Positions 49,256 through 59,390 are shown, numbered from the stretch's first letter. The stretch: 64,000 nucleotides of DNA from an uncultured Erysipelotrichia bacterium (GCA_964593055.1 CAZQIG010000004.1:52512-116511), one strand, 5' to 3'. Notes: generated by a model not told the origin, from the sequence alone. Program-made: numbers and translations.

Positions 49256-49342
49256 GCCTGGGTGGCGGAATTGGTAGACGCACAGGACTTAAAATCCTGC
49301 GAGGTCAAACTCGTGCCGGTTCGACTCCGGCCCTAGGTACCA
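49256..49342 (+). tRNA. tRNA-Leu(TAA)
   Basis: CAGGA-CT TAA AA-TCCTG anticodon arm, long variable arm, CCA. Confidence 0.94.
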
Positions 49343-49357
49343 TATTTATGATTAAAT

Positions 49358-49379
49358 AAACAGCTGTTGCTGTTTTTTT
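49358..49379 (+). terminator. Terminator of the tRNA cluster
   Basis: AAACAGC-TGTT-GCTGTTT plus T run. Confidence 0.7.
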
Positions 49380-49389
49380 ATGTAAAAAA

Positions 49390-49412
49390 AAAAGCTCCTA
49401 GAGGGAGCTTTT
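49390..49412 (-). terminator. Terminator of the SPFH operon
   Basis: AAAAGCTCC-TAGAG-GGAGCTTTT with an upstream A run (T tail on the minus strand). Confidence 0.75.
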
Positions 49413-50322
49413 AAGCTTCTTTTTCTGGTGACTCTGTTGTAATGATTTCTTGTAGTGAAGTGGCAAGTCCTGCCAGTCCTTGAATATTTGATGGAACGAT
49501 GATTTTTGTAGATTTGCCATCAGCTACTTTTTCTAATGATTCTAAAGATTTAAGTGCAATTAAGCTTTTATCTGCCTTAACTGCCTTAATTTGCTCTAAA
49601 CCATATGCAGTAGCTTCATTGATTTTTTTAATTGCAATTGCTTGGCCTTCAGCACGTAAAATTTTAGATTCTTTTTCACCTTCAGCTTTTAAAATTTCAG
49701 CTTTCTTTTGACCTTCAGCAGTTAAAATCTCTGACTCTCTTTGACCTTCAGCACGTAGAATAGCTTCACGTCTTTCACGTTCTGCACGCATTTGTTTTTC
49801 CATAGCTTGTTGAATATCAGATGGGGGAATAATATTTTTTAACTCGACACGGTTAATTTTAATACCCCATGGATCAGTAGCTTCATCAAGGACTTGTCGC
49901 ATTTTTGAATTAACATGTTCTCTTGAAGTTAAAGATTGATCTAATTCTAAATCACCGATAATATTACGTAATGTAGTTGCTGTTAGATTTTCGATTGCTG
50001 AAAGAGGTCTTTCAACACCATATTGGTATGATTTTGGATCAGTAACTTGATAGTAAACAACAGTATCAATTTGAATCGTAACATTATCTCTTGTAATAAC
50101 AGGTTGTGGTCGAAAATCTACAACACGTTCTTTTAAAGAAACTTTTCCAGCGATTCTTTCAACAAATGGTAATTTAAAATGTATTCCATTATGCCAAGTT
50201 ACCTTATATGATCCAAAGCTTTCAATAACGTATGCATGTGCTTGAGGAACAATTTTGACACTATTGACAATAATTAAAACAATAATAATGATAATAATAC
50301 TTAAAACAATAATTACTTCCAT
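49411..50322 (-). CDS. SPFH/band 7 (stomatin-like) protein
   Basis: N-terminal TM, PQPVITRDNV, TTLRNIIG, WGIKINRVE, MEKQMRAERERR; start 50322 has a GGAGG RBS. Confidence 0.94.
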   Translation of the reverse strand: MEVIIVLSIIIIIIVLIIVNSVKIVPQAHAYVIESFGSYKVTWHNGIHFKLPFVERIAGKVSLKERVVDFRPQPVITRDNVTIQIDTVVYYQVTDPKSYQYGVERPLSAIENLTATTLRNIIGDLELDQSLTSREHVNSKMRQVLDEATDPWGIKINRVELKNIIPPSDIQQAMEKQMRAERERREAILRAEGQRESEILTAEGQKKAEILKAEGEKESKILRAEGQAIAIKKINEATAYGLEQIKAVKADKSLIALKSLESLEKVADGKSTKIIVPSNIQGLAGLATSLQEIITTESPEKEA

Positions 50323-50344
50323 AAATACCTCCATATTATATTTA

Positions 50345-50803
50345 TTAATTTAATTTATCTTTGTACTTTGTAACGACTAGTTTAGCACCATCAATTTTTT
50401 CAACAACGACTTTATCACCAATTTCAATATCATCTTCATATGAAATTGCTAGCCATTCCATCGCATTAATTATTACATAACCACGATCTTGAGCTTTAAA
50501 TGATGTTGTAGCTTTAGCTATATTTCCGATTAAGGCATCGCTATTAGTTTTTATTTTTGTTCTACGTTGAGCTTTTTTTACAAGTGGGCGTGTAATTAAT
50601 AATAAGATAATTGCTGTAACTATAAAAACTAATAATTGAATGATAATACTTAAACCAATTATATTGGCAATTAAAGACATTAGTGCACTAAGACCAAACC
50701 AAACAGTAACTAGATTTAGTGTTTGAGCTTCTATAAAGAACATAATTACAGTTACAAAAATCCAAATATAGAACATTAAGTCAAGTCCAAAAATTTCCAT
50801 CAT
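50345..50803 (-). CDS. NfeD-family membrane protein (SPFH partner)
   Basis: Hydrophobic N-terminal half, C-terminal OB-like GYVIINAMEWLA...IGDKVVVEKIDGAKLVV; adjacent to SPFH. Confidence 0.88.
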   Translation of the reverse strand: MMEIFGLDLMFYIWIFVTVIMFFIEAQTLNLVTVWFGLSALMSLIANIIGLSIIIQLLVFIVTAIILLLITRPLVKKAQRRTKIKTNSDALIGNIAKATTSFKAQDRGYVIINAMEWLAISYEDDIEIGDKVVVEKIDGAKLVVTKYKDKLN

Positions 50804-51168
50804 AATTCCTCCTTTAAGTAAATTTTAAAAACGTTTTCCGTATAATCCCATTCTGATTTGAATTTACGGGGATTAGTTAATGATAGAGAAAATTCAGTGT
50901 TTAAATTACGAATAAAATCCGTACAGGAAATACGTGTATAACTTCTTGCAAAAGATAAACTTATTCGTGAATTACGATATTTGCCAGCTTCAATATCATT
51001 GTTGCTAATAGGTAAAATTACAACTATTTTATCTTCATGAATAATTCCTAAACGTACGTGTGAATAATCATCAAAATGTTTAGATGATTCACGATTTAAA
51101 ATAATTGAATTTTTATTAATAGTCACGTTTTCAATTCTTTTCTTCTTAGTATACCATTTAATATCCAT
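50800..51168 (-). CDS. Hypothetical protein, first gene of the NfeD-SPFH operon
   Basis: GAGGTGA RBS, 4-bp overlap with the nfeD-like gene. Confidence 0.75.
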   Translation of the reverse strand: MDIKWYTKKKRIENVTINKNSIILNRESSKHFDDYSHVRLGIIHEDKIVVILPISNNDIEAGKYRNSRISLSFARSYTRISCTDFIRNLNTEFSLSLTNPRKFKSEWDYTENVFKIYLKEEL

Positions 51169-51299
51169 TATGTCTCACCTCAATACAAATTATATCACAT
51201 ATTATCTAGATAACTCAACTAGTATCACACTTTTTACATAAATTTACAAACTATCTTCTAAACTTCACATAAAATACACACATGTGTATTATAATGGTG

Positions 51300-51425
51300 A
51301 TGGTTATGGGTACTAGTTACATTCATAACCGTAATAAAAGAAGACCCCCCCTTAATCTTCTTTTATTTAAACCCTCTTATATCACAATACAGAAAGAGTC
51401 CCCCGCTCTTTTTGTATTGTGAAAA
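51300..51425 (+). ncRNA. Candidate small RNA with C-rich loops
   Basis: TATAAT at 51290-95 followed by three hairpins (51302-30; 51333-67 with loop CCCCCCCTTAA; 51382-51422 with loop TCCCCCG). Confidence 0.5.
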
Positions 51426-51499
51426 AGAAATGAATATAGTGTGTTAGATATCGGCATATCGATAGAGTGCGATATGTTTAACATGAAGGAATGATGTAG

Positions 51500-52165
51500 A
51501 TGTCTTATAAACTTTTAGTAGTAGATAAAAGTTCTTTAAAAGTAAATGAAATTGTGCATTTTCTTAGAGCTAAAAATTTTTATGTAGATACAGCTGAAGA
51601 TGGTATTAACGCACGATGCATGGTTGCAGATGGTGACTATAATTTAGCTATCATAGATATAGATATTATTGGGATTAACGGATATGATTTGTGTAGAAAT
51701 TTGAAAAAAAATTTTTCTATTGAAATAATTTTAATGACAGAAAATGTCAATGAACATGATGAACTACAAGCTTTTTCGTCAGGTGCAGATGATTTTATTT
51801 CAAAAAGGATTTCTAAAGAAATTCTTTTTGCAAGAATAAGAAGATTAATAGATCCCGTAATTAAGTATTATAAAGAAGTTACGGTAGGAGATGTTACGGT
51901 TAATTTTGGAAATTCAACCGTTTTTGTTAGAGGAAGTTATATTGAGTTAACGAAAATGGAGCTTTTAATTTTAAAATATCTTTTTAGTAATATGAATGTA
52001 ATTACTTCTAGAGAAGCCATTATTGAAAATATTAAAGGTAATGATTTTTTTGGTGATATGCGAATTGTTGATACACATATAAAAAATATTCGAAAAAAAA
52101 TTGGGAAAGGTGTAATTATTACTGTTAAAGGATTAGGATACTTAGTACGTGAAAAAAAGTATTAA
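51500..52165 (+). CDS. Orphan OmpR/PhoB-family response regulator
   Basis: Receiver domain (AIIDID, GADDFISK) plus winged helix (ELTKME, RIVDTHIKNIRKKI, TVKGLGY). Confidence 0.9.
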   Translation: MSYKLLVVDKSSLKVNEIVHFLRAKNFYVDTAEDGINARCMVADGDYNLAIIDIDIIGINGYDLCRNLKKNFSIEIILMTENVNEHDELQAFSSGADDFISKRISKEILFARIRRLIDPVIKYYKEVTVGDVTVNFGNSTVFVRGSYIELTKMELLILKYLFSNMNVITSREAIIENIKGNDFFGDMRIVDTHIKNIRKKIGKGVIITVKGLGYLVREKKY

Positions 52166-52322
52166 ATTGAAATTTCTGCTTGTTTTTTTTTGAAAATATG
52201 ATAGAATGATAACAGATGATAAATATGGAGTGATTATTATGGTTCTCGAGGAGAGTCACAGTCAAATTCAAAATTTGGTAGCGAAAAAAAATGTTGCGAT
52301 GCAACTCTTTTAGCTTTATTTT

Positions 52323-52349
52323 AATAAGTGTTTTTTACACTTATTTTTT
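52323..52349 (+). terminator. Intrinsic terminator/attenuator immediately before the glmS RBS
   Basis: AATAAGTGT-TTTTT-ACACTTATT 9-bp stem followed by TTTT. Confidence 0.65.
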
Positions 52350-52361
52350 GTTGGAGGAAAT

Positions 52362-52766
52362 ATGAAAAAAATAGTAATCGGTGTTATAGGTGCAGATGTG
52401 CATGCAGTTGGTAACAAAATTATCCATTATGCATTAGAAAGTGAAGGTTTTGAAGTGATTAATATCGGTGTTTTGTCATCACAAGAAGATTTTATTAACG
52501 CCGCTATTGAGACATCGGCTGATGCAATTCTAGTTTCATCTTTGTATGGTCACGGAGAAATGGATTGTCGTGGATTACGTTCAAAGTGTGTTGAGGCTGG
52601 AATAGGTGATATTTTATTATATGTAGGTGGTAATATTGTTGTTGGAAAACAAGATTTCGATGCAGTTAAAGAACGCTTTTTAAAGATGGGATTTAATCGA
52701 GTTTATCCACCATCAACAGCTATTGATGAAACAATTCCTGATTTAAAACATGATTTAGGCTTATGA
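52362..52766 (+). CDS. mamA: Glutamate mutase sigma (B12-binding) subunit
   Basis: GADVHAVG (DxHxxG), SSLYGHG, YVGGN; also called glmS/mutS. Confidence 0.95.
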   Translation: MKKIVIGVIGADVHAVGNKIIHYALESEGFEVINIGVLSSQEDFINAAIETSADAILVSSLYGHGEMDCRGLRSKCVEAGIGDILLYVGGNIVVGKQDFDAVKERFLKMGFNRVYPPSTAIDETIPDLKHDLGL

Positions 52767-54139
52767 AAATATTATTAGTTGATTTTGGTTCAACATATAC
52801 AAAATTAGTTGCTGTTGATACAGCTACAGCAGAAATTTTAGCAACTGCTTCAGCAATAACTACTATTCATACGAATGTTTTAGATGGCTATTATGAAGCT
52901 CTAAATAAGCTTTCTTGTGGTCAAAACTTTGATAAGATTGCTGCATGTTCTTCAGCAGCTGGAGGATTATCAATGACAGCTATTGGTTTAGTAGAAGAAT
53001 TAACTGTTGAGGCGGCTAAAAGGGCTTGTTTAGGAGCAGGTGCTAAATTGACTAGTGTTTATAGTAATAAGTTATCAGAAAAAGAATTGTTGCAGATTAG
53101 TAAAAATCCCGGAGATATTTTATTATTGTGTGGTGGTACAGATGGTGGTAATAGTGATTGTGTTTTGCATAATGCACAGATGCTAAGCAAAATAACTATA
53201 GACTGTCCTATCATTTATGCAGGTAATAAAACGTGTGCCAAAGAAGTAGGCGAATTTTTAAAAGATAAACAAGTTATTTATTGTAATAATGTGATGCCAG
53301 CATTAAATAAATTAAGTGTTAATGCTGCCCAAGAAGCAATTAGAGAACTATTTATTAAAGAAATTATTAATGCTAAAGGCATGAGCGAAGTTAGTGAAAT
53401 GATTGGTAAAATTGTTATGCCTACACCTAAAGCTGTTCAAAAAGCTCTTGTTTTACTAGCAAAAGGGTACAAAAATGAATCAGGATTAGGTGATTTGTTA
53501 TTAGTCGATATTGGTGGTGCTACAACAGATGTACATTCTATTTGTAAAGGATTTCCTAGTAAAGTTGAAGTGACTTTAAAAGGGCTTGAAGAACCATTTG
53601 CTAAAAGGACTGTTGAAGGAGATTTAGGAATGCGTTATTCTTTAAAGTCGATGTATGAAAATCTTGGTGAAGAAATTTTGTTTGCTTATTTTGATGATAG
53701 TGTTAATATAGCTGAAGAAGTCGAAAAGCGAAATAAGACAATTGAATATTTACCTACAACTGTTGATGAAAATGAAATTGAGACATCTTTTGCAAGAGCT
53801 TGTGTTGATACTTCTATTTCAAGACATGTTGGTAGAATAGAAAGTATTTATACACCTTTAGGTCAAATGCATTATCAGATTGGTAAAGATTTAAGTGAAA
53901 TTAAAGTTGTTATTGGTACAGGTGGAGTTATTGTTAATAATGAAAAGGCAATTAATGCTTTGAGGGATGTAGCATATCAGACAAGACATTTAAATGAGCT
54001 TCGTCCTAAAAACCCAGATTATTTTGTTGATCGAAATTACATTTTATCTGCCATGGGTATTTTAAGTGAAATAGATCCACTTGTAGCTTTGAAAATAATG
54101 AAGAAAAATTTGTTGGAGGTAACAAATGATTTTAAATAA
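52763..54139 (+). CDS. glmL: Glutamate mutase accessory/reactivating factor GlmL (MutL)
   Basis: [43 protein letters not shown]. Confidence 0.92.
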   Translation: MKILLVDFGSTYTKLVAVDTATAEILATASAITTIHTNVLDGYYEALNKLSCGQNFDKIAACSSAAGGLSMTAIGLVEELTVEAAKRACLGAGAKLTSVYSNKLSEKELLQISKNPGDILLLCGGTDGGNSDCVLHNAQMLSKITIDCPIIYAGNKTCAKEVGEFLKDKQVIYCNNVMPALNKLSVNAAQEAIRELFIKEIINAKGMSEVSEMIGKIVMPTPKAVQKALVLLAKGYKNESGLGDLLLVDIGGATTDVHSICKGFPSKVEVTLKGLEEPFAKRTVEGDLGMRYSLKSMYENLGEEILFAYFDDSVNIAEEVEKRNKTIEYLPTTVDENEIETSFARACVDTSISRHVGRIESIYTPLGQMHYQIGKDLSEIKVVIGTGGVIVNNEKAINALRDVAYQTRHLNELRPKNPDYFVDRNYILSAMGILSEIDPLVALKIMKKNLLEVTNDFK

Positions 54140-55589
54140 AAAAATGAGTTTAGCAGAGTTTTTAGAAATGCGTGAAGAAGTTTTGAGAATGTGGCCAACA
54201 GGTGAATCCGATAAACTTGATTTAGATAGGTCAATTGCAAGACTAAAAAAAATTCCTGATTCAAAGAATTTTGCTAAGAAGATGAAAAAATATGGACTTA
54301 ATTCACGTGTTTTAGTACAACCACGTGCTGGAGTAGCTCTCTTAAATGAGCATATTAAATTATTGACATATTTGGAAAAAGAAGGTGAAGCAGATTTTCT
54401 TCCTTCAACAATAGATTCATATACTCGTCAAAATCGTTTTGAAGAAGCAGAGTTAGGTATTAATGAGAGTCGAAAAGCTGGAAGAAGTCTTTTAAATGGC
54501 TTCCCTTGTGTAAATCATGGAGTTGAAGGATGCTTAAAAGTTTTTAATGCAGTTAATGTTCCAATTCAAGCAAGACATGGTACACCTGATGCTAGACTGC
54601 TGTCAGAAATAATTCATGCTGCTTGTTGGACTTCGAATGAAGGTGGAGGAATTTCATATAATATACCGTATGCTAAAAATGTCGAACTTGAAAAGACATT
54701 GAGATATTGGCAGTATTGTGATCGTCTTGTAGGATTTTATGAAGAGAATGGTGTAGAAATTAACCGTGAGCCGTTTGGACCATTAACAGGAACATTAGTT
54801 CCACCATTTATTTCTAATACGATAGCAATTATTGAAACATTGTTAGCTGTTGAACAAGGTGTTAAAAATATTACTGTTGGATACGGGCAAGGTGGAAATG
54901 TTACTCAAGATATTGCAGCTTTGATTGCTCTTCGTGAGCAAGCTAATAAATATGTTAAAGAGGCAGGATATGATGATGTTCATATTACGACTGTTTTCCA
55001 TCAATGGATGGGTGGATTCCCTTCTGATGAACCGAGTGCTTTTGGATTAATTTCAATGGCTTCTACTGTAGCTGCTTTAGGAAAAGCAGATAAGATGATT
55101 ACGAAAACACCGCATGAATCATTTGGTGTTCCGACAAAAGAAGCTAATGCGGAAGGATTAAGAAGTTCTAAAATGACAATTCGCTTATTAAAAAATCAAC
55201 GATATCCAGAGAGTCAAGAATTAGTTGATGAAGTTACGCAAATAAAAAAAGAAGTTGATGAATTAATGGCTAGTGTTTTAAAAGCGGGTGATGGTGATTT
55301 ATGCCAAGGAGTTATTAAAGGCTTTGAGGCAGGTATTTTAGATATTCCGTTTGCACCATCAATTTTAAATGCAGGTAAGATTTTACCAGCTCGTGATAAC
55401 GATGGTAAAATTCGTGTATTTGAATTTGGTAATGTAGGTGTTGCAGATTCAACTAAAGAGTTTCATTTTAATAAACTAAAATCTCGTGCTGATTATGAGA
55501 ACCGTGAAGTTAGCTTTCAAATGACAATTGATGATATTTATGCAGTTAGTCGTGGTAATCTAATTGGACGTCCAAATAAGGAAGATTAA
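54126..55589 (+). CDS. mamB: Glutamate mutase epsilon subunit
   Basis: [44 protein letters not shown]; also called glmE/mutE. Confidence 0.96.
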   Translation: MILNKKMSLAEFLEMREEVLRMWPTGESDKLDLDRSIARLKKIPDSKNFAKKMKKYGLNSRVLVQPRAGVALLNEHIKLLTYLEKEGEADFLPSTIDSYTRQNRFEEAELGINESRKAGRSLLNGFPCVNHGVEGCLKVFNAVNVPIQARHGTPDARLLSEIIHAACWTSNEGGGISYNIPYAKNVELEKTLRYWQYCDRLVGFYEENGVEINREPFGPLTGTLVPPFISNTIAIIETLLAVEQGVKNITVGYGQGGNVTQDIAALIALREQANKYVKEAGYDDVHITTVFHQWMGGFPSDEPSAFGLISMASTVAALGKADKMITKTPHESFGVPTKEANAEGLRSSKMTIRLLKNQRYPESQELVDEVTQIKKEVDELMASVLKAGDGDLCQGVIKGFEAGILDIPFAPSILNAGKILPARDNDGKIRVFEFGNVGVADSTKEFHFNKLKSRADYENREVSFQMTIDDIYAVSRGNLIGRPNKED

Positions 55590-55591
55590 TT

Positions 55592-56839
55592 ATGAAAATA
55601 AAAGATGTAATATGTTCTAAATCATATACTGGGTTTTACTTTGATGATCAAAAAGCGATAAAAGCGGGTGCTAAATTAGATGGTTTTAATTATAGTGGTG
55701 AAGCTCAAACACTAGGTTTTACATCTGTTAGACAAGCAGGAGAAGCAATTAGTATTCAATTGATATTAGAAGATGGTACGGTTGCTTATGGTGATTGTGC
55801 TGCTGTGCAATATTCAGGTACTGGTGGAAGAGATCCTCTGTTTTTAGCAGATGAGTTTATTGCATTTATTAATCAAAATATTAGACATTTATTAATAGGT
55901 CGTGATGTTAGTAAGTTTAAAGATTTAGCTATGGAGTTTGATAGTTTAGAGGTCGATTCTCAAAAATTACATACAGCATTACGTTATGGAATTACTTCTG
56001 CGATTTTAGATGCGACTAGTAAAGTGCAGAAATTAACGATTGCTGAAGTGATTCGTAAAGAATATGGCATTGCTAATAATGTTTATGAAAGTGTTGATAT
56101 TTTCACACAATCTGGTGATGATCGCTATTTAAATGTTGATAAAATGATTATTAAAGAAGTTGATGTTTTACCACATGCTTTAATTAATAATGTAGAGACT
56201 AAGCTTGGAAAAAATGGTGAAATTTTACAAGAGTATGTTTCATGGTTGAGTGAACGAATTTTGAAATTAAGAAAAAGTGAACAATATAATCCTGTTTTGC
56301 ATATTGATGTTTATGGTACTATTGGAATTGCTTTTGAAAATGATATTTTGGCAATGGCTGATTATTTAGAAGAATTAGTTAAAGCTGCTGCACCTTTTAA
56401 ATTACGTATTGAAGGTCCAATGGATGCTGGTAGCAGAGAAAAGCAATTAATTGAATTAGCAAAATTAACTGCTGAAGTTGATAAAAGAAAAATTGATGTA
56501 GAATTAGTAGCTGATGAGTGGTGTAATACTTTAGAAGATATATTATTATTTATCGATCATAAAGCTGGTCATATGCTACAAATAAAAACACCTGATTTAG
56601 GTGGTGTAAATAACTGTGTAGAGGCAATTATTGCATGTAAAAAGGCAGGTGTGGGAGCATATAGTGGTGGTACTTGTAATGAGACGAATAAAAGTGCTGA
56701 AATTACAACTAATATCGCTATTGCTACAAGTGCTGATCAATGCTTAGCTAAGCCAGGTATGGGTACTGATGAAGGGTTTATGATTGTTAAGAATGAAATG
56801 AATAGAGTTATTGCTTTAGCTAATTATCATCAAAAATAA
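55592..56839 (+). CDS. mal: Methylaspartate ammonia-lyase
   Basis: GDCAAVQYSG, LHTALRYG, LPHALINN, HIDVYG, ADEWCN, QIKTPDLG, GGTCNET, LAKPGMG. Confidence 0.96.
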   Translation: MKIKDVICSKSYTGFYFDDQKAIKAGAKLDGFNYSGEAQTLGFTSVRQAGEAISIQLILEDGTVAYGDCAAVQYSGTGGRDPLFLADEFIAFINQNIRHLLIGRDVSKFKDLAMEFDSLEVDSQKLHTALRYGITSAILDATSKVQKLTIAEVIRKEYGIANNVYESVDIFTQSGDDRYLNVDKMIIKEVDVLPHALINNVETKLGKNGEILQEYVSWLSERILKLRKSEQYNPVLHIDVYGTIGIAFENDILAMADYLEELVKAAAPFKLRIEGPMDAGSREKQLIELAKLTAEVDKRKIDVELVADEWCNTLEDILLFIDHKAGHMLQIKTPDLGGVNNCVEAIIACKKAGVGAYSGGTCNETNKSAEITTNIAIATSADQCLAKPGMGTDEGFMIVKNEMNRVIALANYHQK

Positions 56840-56852
56840 TAGGAGGCCTAAT

Positions 56853-57104
56853 ATGTTGAGTCAATGTGGAAGTATTGAATCATCTGATTGTTTGATTCGT
56901 TTGTACGATGGAAAAGGAATTGAAATTCATATTGAAAGTATTGTGATAAAACAATATGGAGCACAAATTCGTAAAGTTATTTTTGATGTTTTAGGTTACT
57001 ATAATTTAAATGACATAAAAGTGGAAATTAATGATGTAGGAGCATTAGATTATACGATAAAAGCACGTTTAATGTGTGCACTTAGAAGGGCTGAGTTAAT
57101 ATGA
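56853..57104 (+). CDS. citD: Citrate/citramalate lyase acyl carrier (gamma) subunit
   Basis: GSIESSD prosthetic-group serine motif, D.GALD..I.AR. Confidence 0.88.
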   Translation: MLSQCGSIESSDCLIRLYDGKGIEIHIESIVIKQYGAQIRKVIFDVLGYYNLNDIKVEINDVGALDYTIKARLMCALRRAELI

Positions 57105-57916
57105 GAAGTTACTTATTTGTACCGGGTAATAATCCTAGTATGCTTCAAAATGCTGATATTTACAAAGCAGATGCTATTATTATTGATTTAGAAGATGCAG
57201 TTACTAATTCAGAAAAAGATAGCGCAAGAGAGCTTGTTCGTACTTTTTTAAGAAGTATTCCTGTAAAAGCAGATATTATCGTTCGTATAAATTCAATGGA
57301 TACAGAGCACTTTCGTGCCGATTTAGAGATGGTGAGCAACTTTGATATTTATGCAATTATGCTTCCAAAAGTTAATCGTTCTACATTAGAAGTTTTTGCA
57401 AAAAATTATAACTTTAAAATTATTCCTATTATTGAAACGGCATTAGGTGTTGTAGATTTAGAAGATATTATTAAACATGAATTAGTAATTGGCGTGCTTT
57501 TAGGTGCTGAAGATTTAGCAACAGATATGGGATTTGAGAGAACAAAAGAAAATTTAGAAATATTTTTTCCCCGTCAAAAATTATCTTATTATGCTAAAGC
57601 ATATGGTAAATCAGCAATTGATACACCTTGTGTTGTAACTGATGATTTAGATGTTGTTACAGATGATGTATTGCAAGCTAAAAGTTTTGGATATCGTGCT
57701 AAAGCATGTATTCATCCTTTGCAAGTCTCAATTGTTAATAAATACTTTATACCTAGTAAAAAAGAACTAAAATATGCTCAAAGAGTAGTTACTTCATCAC
57801 AAAATCATAGTGGTGCATATAGTTTAGATGGTAAAATGATTGATGAACCAATTATTAATCGTTCAAAAAGAATGATTGAATATGCGAAAAAATATGGAGT
57901 TGAAGTTGATGAATAA
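57101..57916 (+). CDS. citE: Citryl-/citramalyl-CoA lyase (beta) subunit
   Basis: RSYLFVPG, IDLEDAV, VRIN, IETALG, GAEDL, KACIHP, DGKMID. Confidence 0.88.
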   Translation: MRSYLFVPGNNPSMLQNADIYKADAIIIDLEDAVTNSEKDSARELVRTFLRSIPVKADIIVRINSMDTEHFRADLEMVSNFDIYAIMLPKVNRSTLEVFAKNYNFKIIPIIETALGVVDLEDIIKHELVIGVLLGAEDLATDMGFERTKENLEIFFPRQKLSYYAKAYGKSAIDTPCVVTDDLDVVTDDVLQAKSFGYRAKACIHPLQVSIVNKYFIPSKKELKYAQRVVTSSQNHSGAYSLDGKMIDEPIINRSKRMIEYAKKYGVEVDE

Positions 57917-59390
57917 GAATTTTATTAGTTCAACACATTTTCAAAATGTAACATATCAAGTAAAAGAAGAATGTGTGCGCGAGCGAGATTTAAAAATCAT
58001 TTATAAAAAAGCTGAACTTTTTGAAGAACTAAATTTATTTGATAATATGACAATTTCATTTCATCACCATTTGAGAAATGGCGACTTTATGATTAATGAA
58101 ATTTTAAATGAATTTTTAGTACAAAGCGTTGCTGTTAATTTAGCGTGTAGTTCCATCTTTCCAAGTTATAAAAATATTGTTGCAATGATGGAAAAAGGCT
58201 TAGTAAATAATATCCATGCTAACTATATTAATGGTGAAGTTAGTGATGCAATACATAAACATTTACTAAATGGGTTTTTATATATGCACACGCATGGAGG
58301 AAGAAGCCGTGCAATTAAGTGTGGAGATATTGATATTGATGTTGCCTTTATTGTGGCAAGTGAATGTGACAAATACGGAAATGCTAATGGATTGTTTGGA
58401 AATAGTGCTTTTGGAAGTTTAGGTTATGGTGTTGATGATGCGATGTATGCTTCTAAAACAGTTATTATTACAGATAATTTAGTAGATGAAATTTCTTTTA
58501 AGCAGATTGAAGGAAAATATGTTGATTATATTTACGTTGTTAATAAAATTGGTGATAATAATGGAATTGTTAGTGGAACAACAAAATTATCTACTAATCC
58601 AGTTAGCACGATTATTGCTGAAAATACAATTGCTTTTTTGAAAGAAGCTGAGCTAATAAAAAATGGTTTTTCTTTTCAAACTGGTGCTGGAGGAATTTCT
58701 TTAACAGTTACTAAATTATTGCATGAAGTACTACATAAAAAACATATTGTAGGTAGTTTTGCATCAGGTGGGATAACAGGATATCATACAAAGCTACTAG
58801 AAGAAGGTTTATTGCAAAAAATTTATGATGTGCAGTGTTTTGATTTAGAAGCTGTGCAATCAATGCGAAAAAATGCTAAACATGAATTTATGAGTGCTGC
58901 TAAATATGCAAGTATTCTAGAAGATAATATAGCAGATCAACTTAATTTTGTAGTGTTAGGAGCAACAGAAATCGATTTGGATTTTAATGTAAATGTAACG
59001 ACTGATTCTAATGGTAAAATTATTGGTGGTAGTGGAGGACATAGTGATACTGCTTATGGTGCGGATGTTACGATTATTACTTCGCCACTGTTTAAGGCAC
59101 GAACTCCGTTAATTAAAAGTCGTGTAACAACTATTACAACACCAGGAGAAGATGTTGATGTTTTAGTTACAGAGCGTGGAATTGCTATAAATCCTAAACG
59201 AAAAGATTTATTAGAGAAGCTAGCTAATAGTAATTTGACAATTTATACGATTAAAGAATTACAGGAGATGGCTTTTAATTATTGTGGTATACCAGAAGAA
59301 TTACCTTCAGAAAAAATAGTTGTAGGTTATGTCATATATCGTGATGGAACTGTTATCGATGAGTTATATGCGATAAATACAGAAGAATAA
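57909..59390 (+). CDS. citF: Citrate/citramalate lyase CoA-transferase (alpha) subunit
   Basis: TISFHHHLRNGD, THGGR, FQTGAGG, GGSGGHSD, VTERGIA, YRDGTVID; start probably ATG 57909. Confidence 0.9.
   Translation: MNKNFISSTHFQNVTYQVKEECVRERDLKIIYKKAELFEELNLFDNMTISFHHHLRNGDFMINEILNEFLVQSVAVNLACSSIFPSYKNIVAMMEKGLVNNIHANYINGEVSDAIHKHLLNGFLYMHTHGGRSRAIKCGDIDIDVAFIVASECDKYGNANGLFGNSAFGSLGYGVDDAMYASKTVIITDNLVDEISFKQIEGKYVDYIYVVNKIGDNNGIVSGTTKLSTNPVSTIIAENTIAFLKEAELIKNGFSFQTGAGGISLTVTKLLHEVLHKKHIVGSFASGGITGYHTKLLEEGLLQKIYDVQCFDLEAVQSMRKNAKHEFMSAAKYASILEDNIADQLNFVVLGATEIDLDFNVNVTTDSNGKIIGGSGGHSDTAYGADVTIITSPLFKARTPLIKSRVTTITTPGEDVDVLVTERGIAINPKRKDLLEKLANSNLTIYTIKELQEMAFNYCGIPEELPSEKIVVGYVIYRDGTVIDELYAINTEE

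Noticed and set aside
52199-52361. Cobalamin riboswitch or T-box ahead of the B12-dependent operon
   Set aside because: No B12 box (GCCACTG / AGYCAGRAGACC) or T-box (GGTGGNACC) consensus visible
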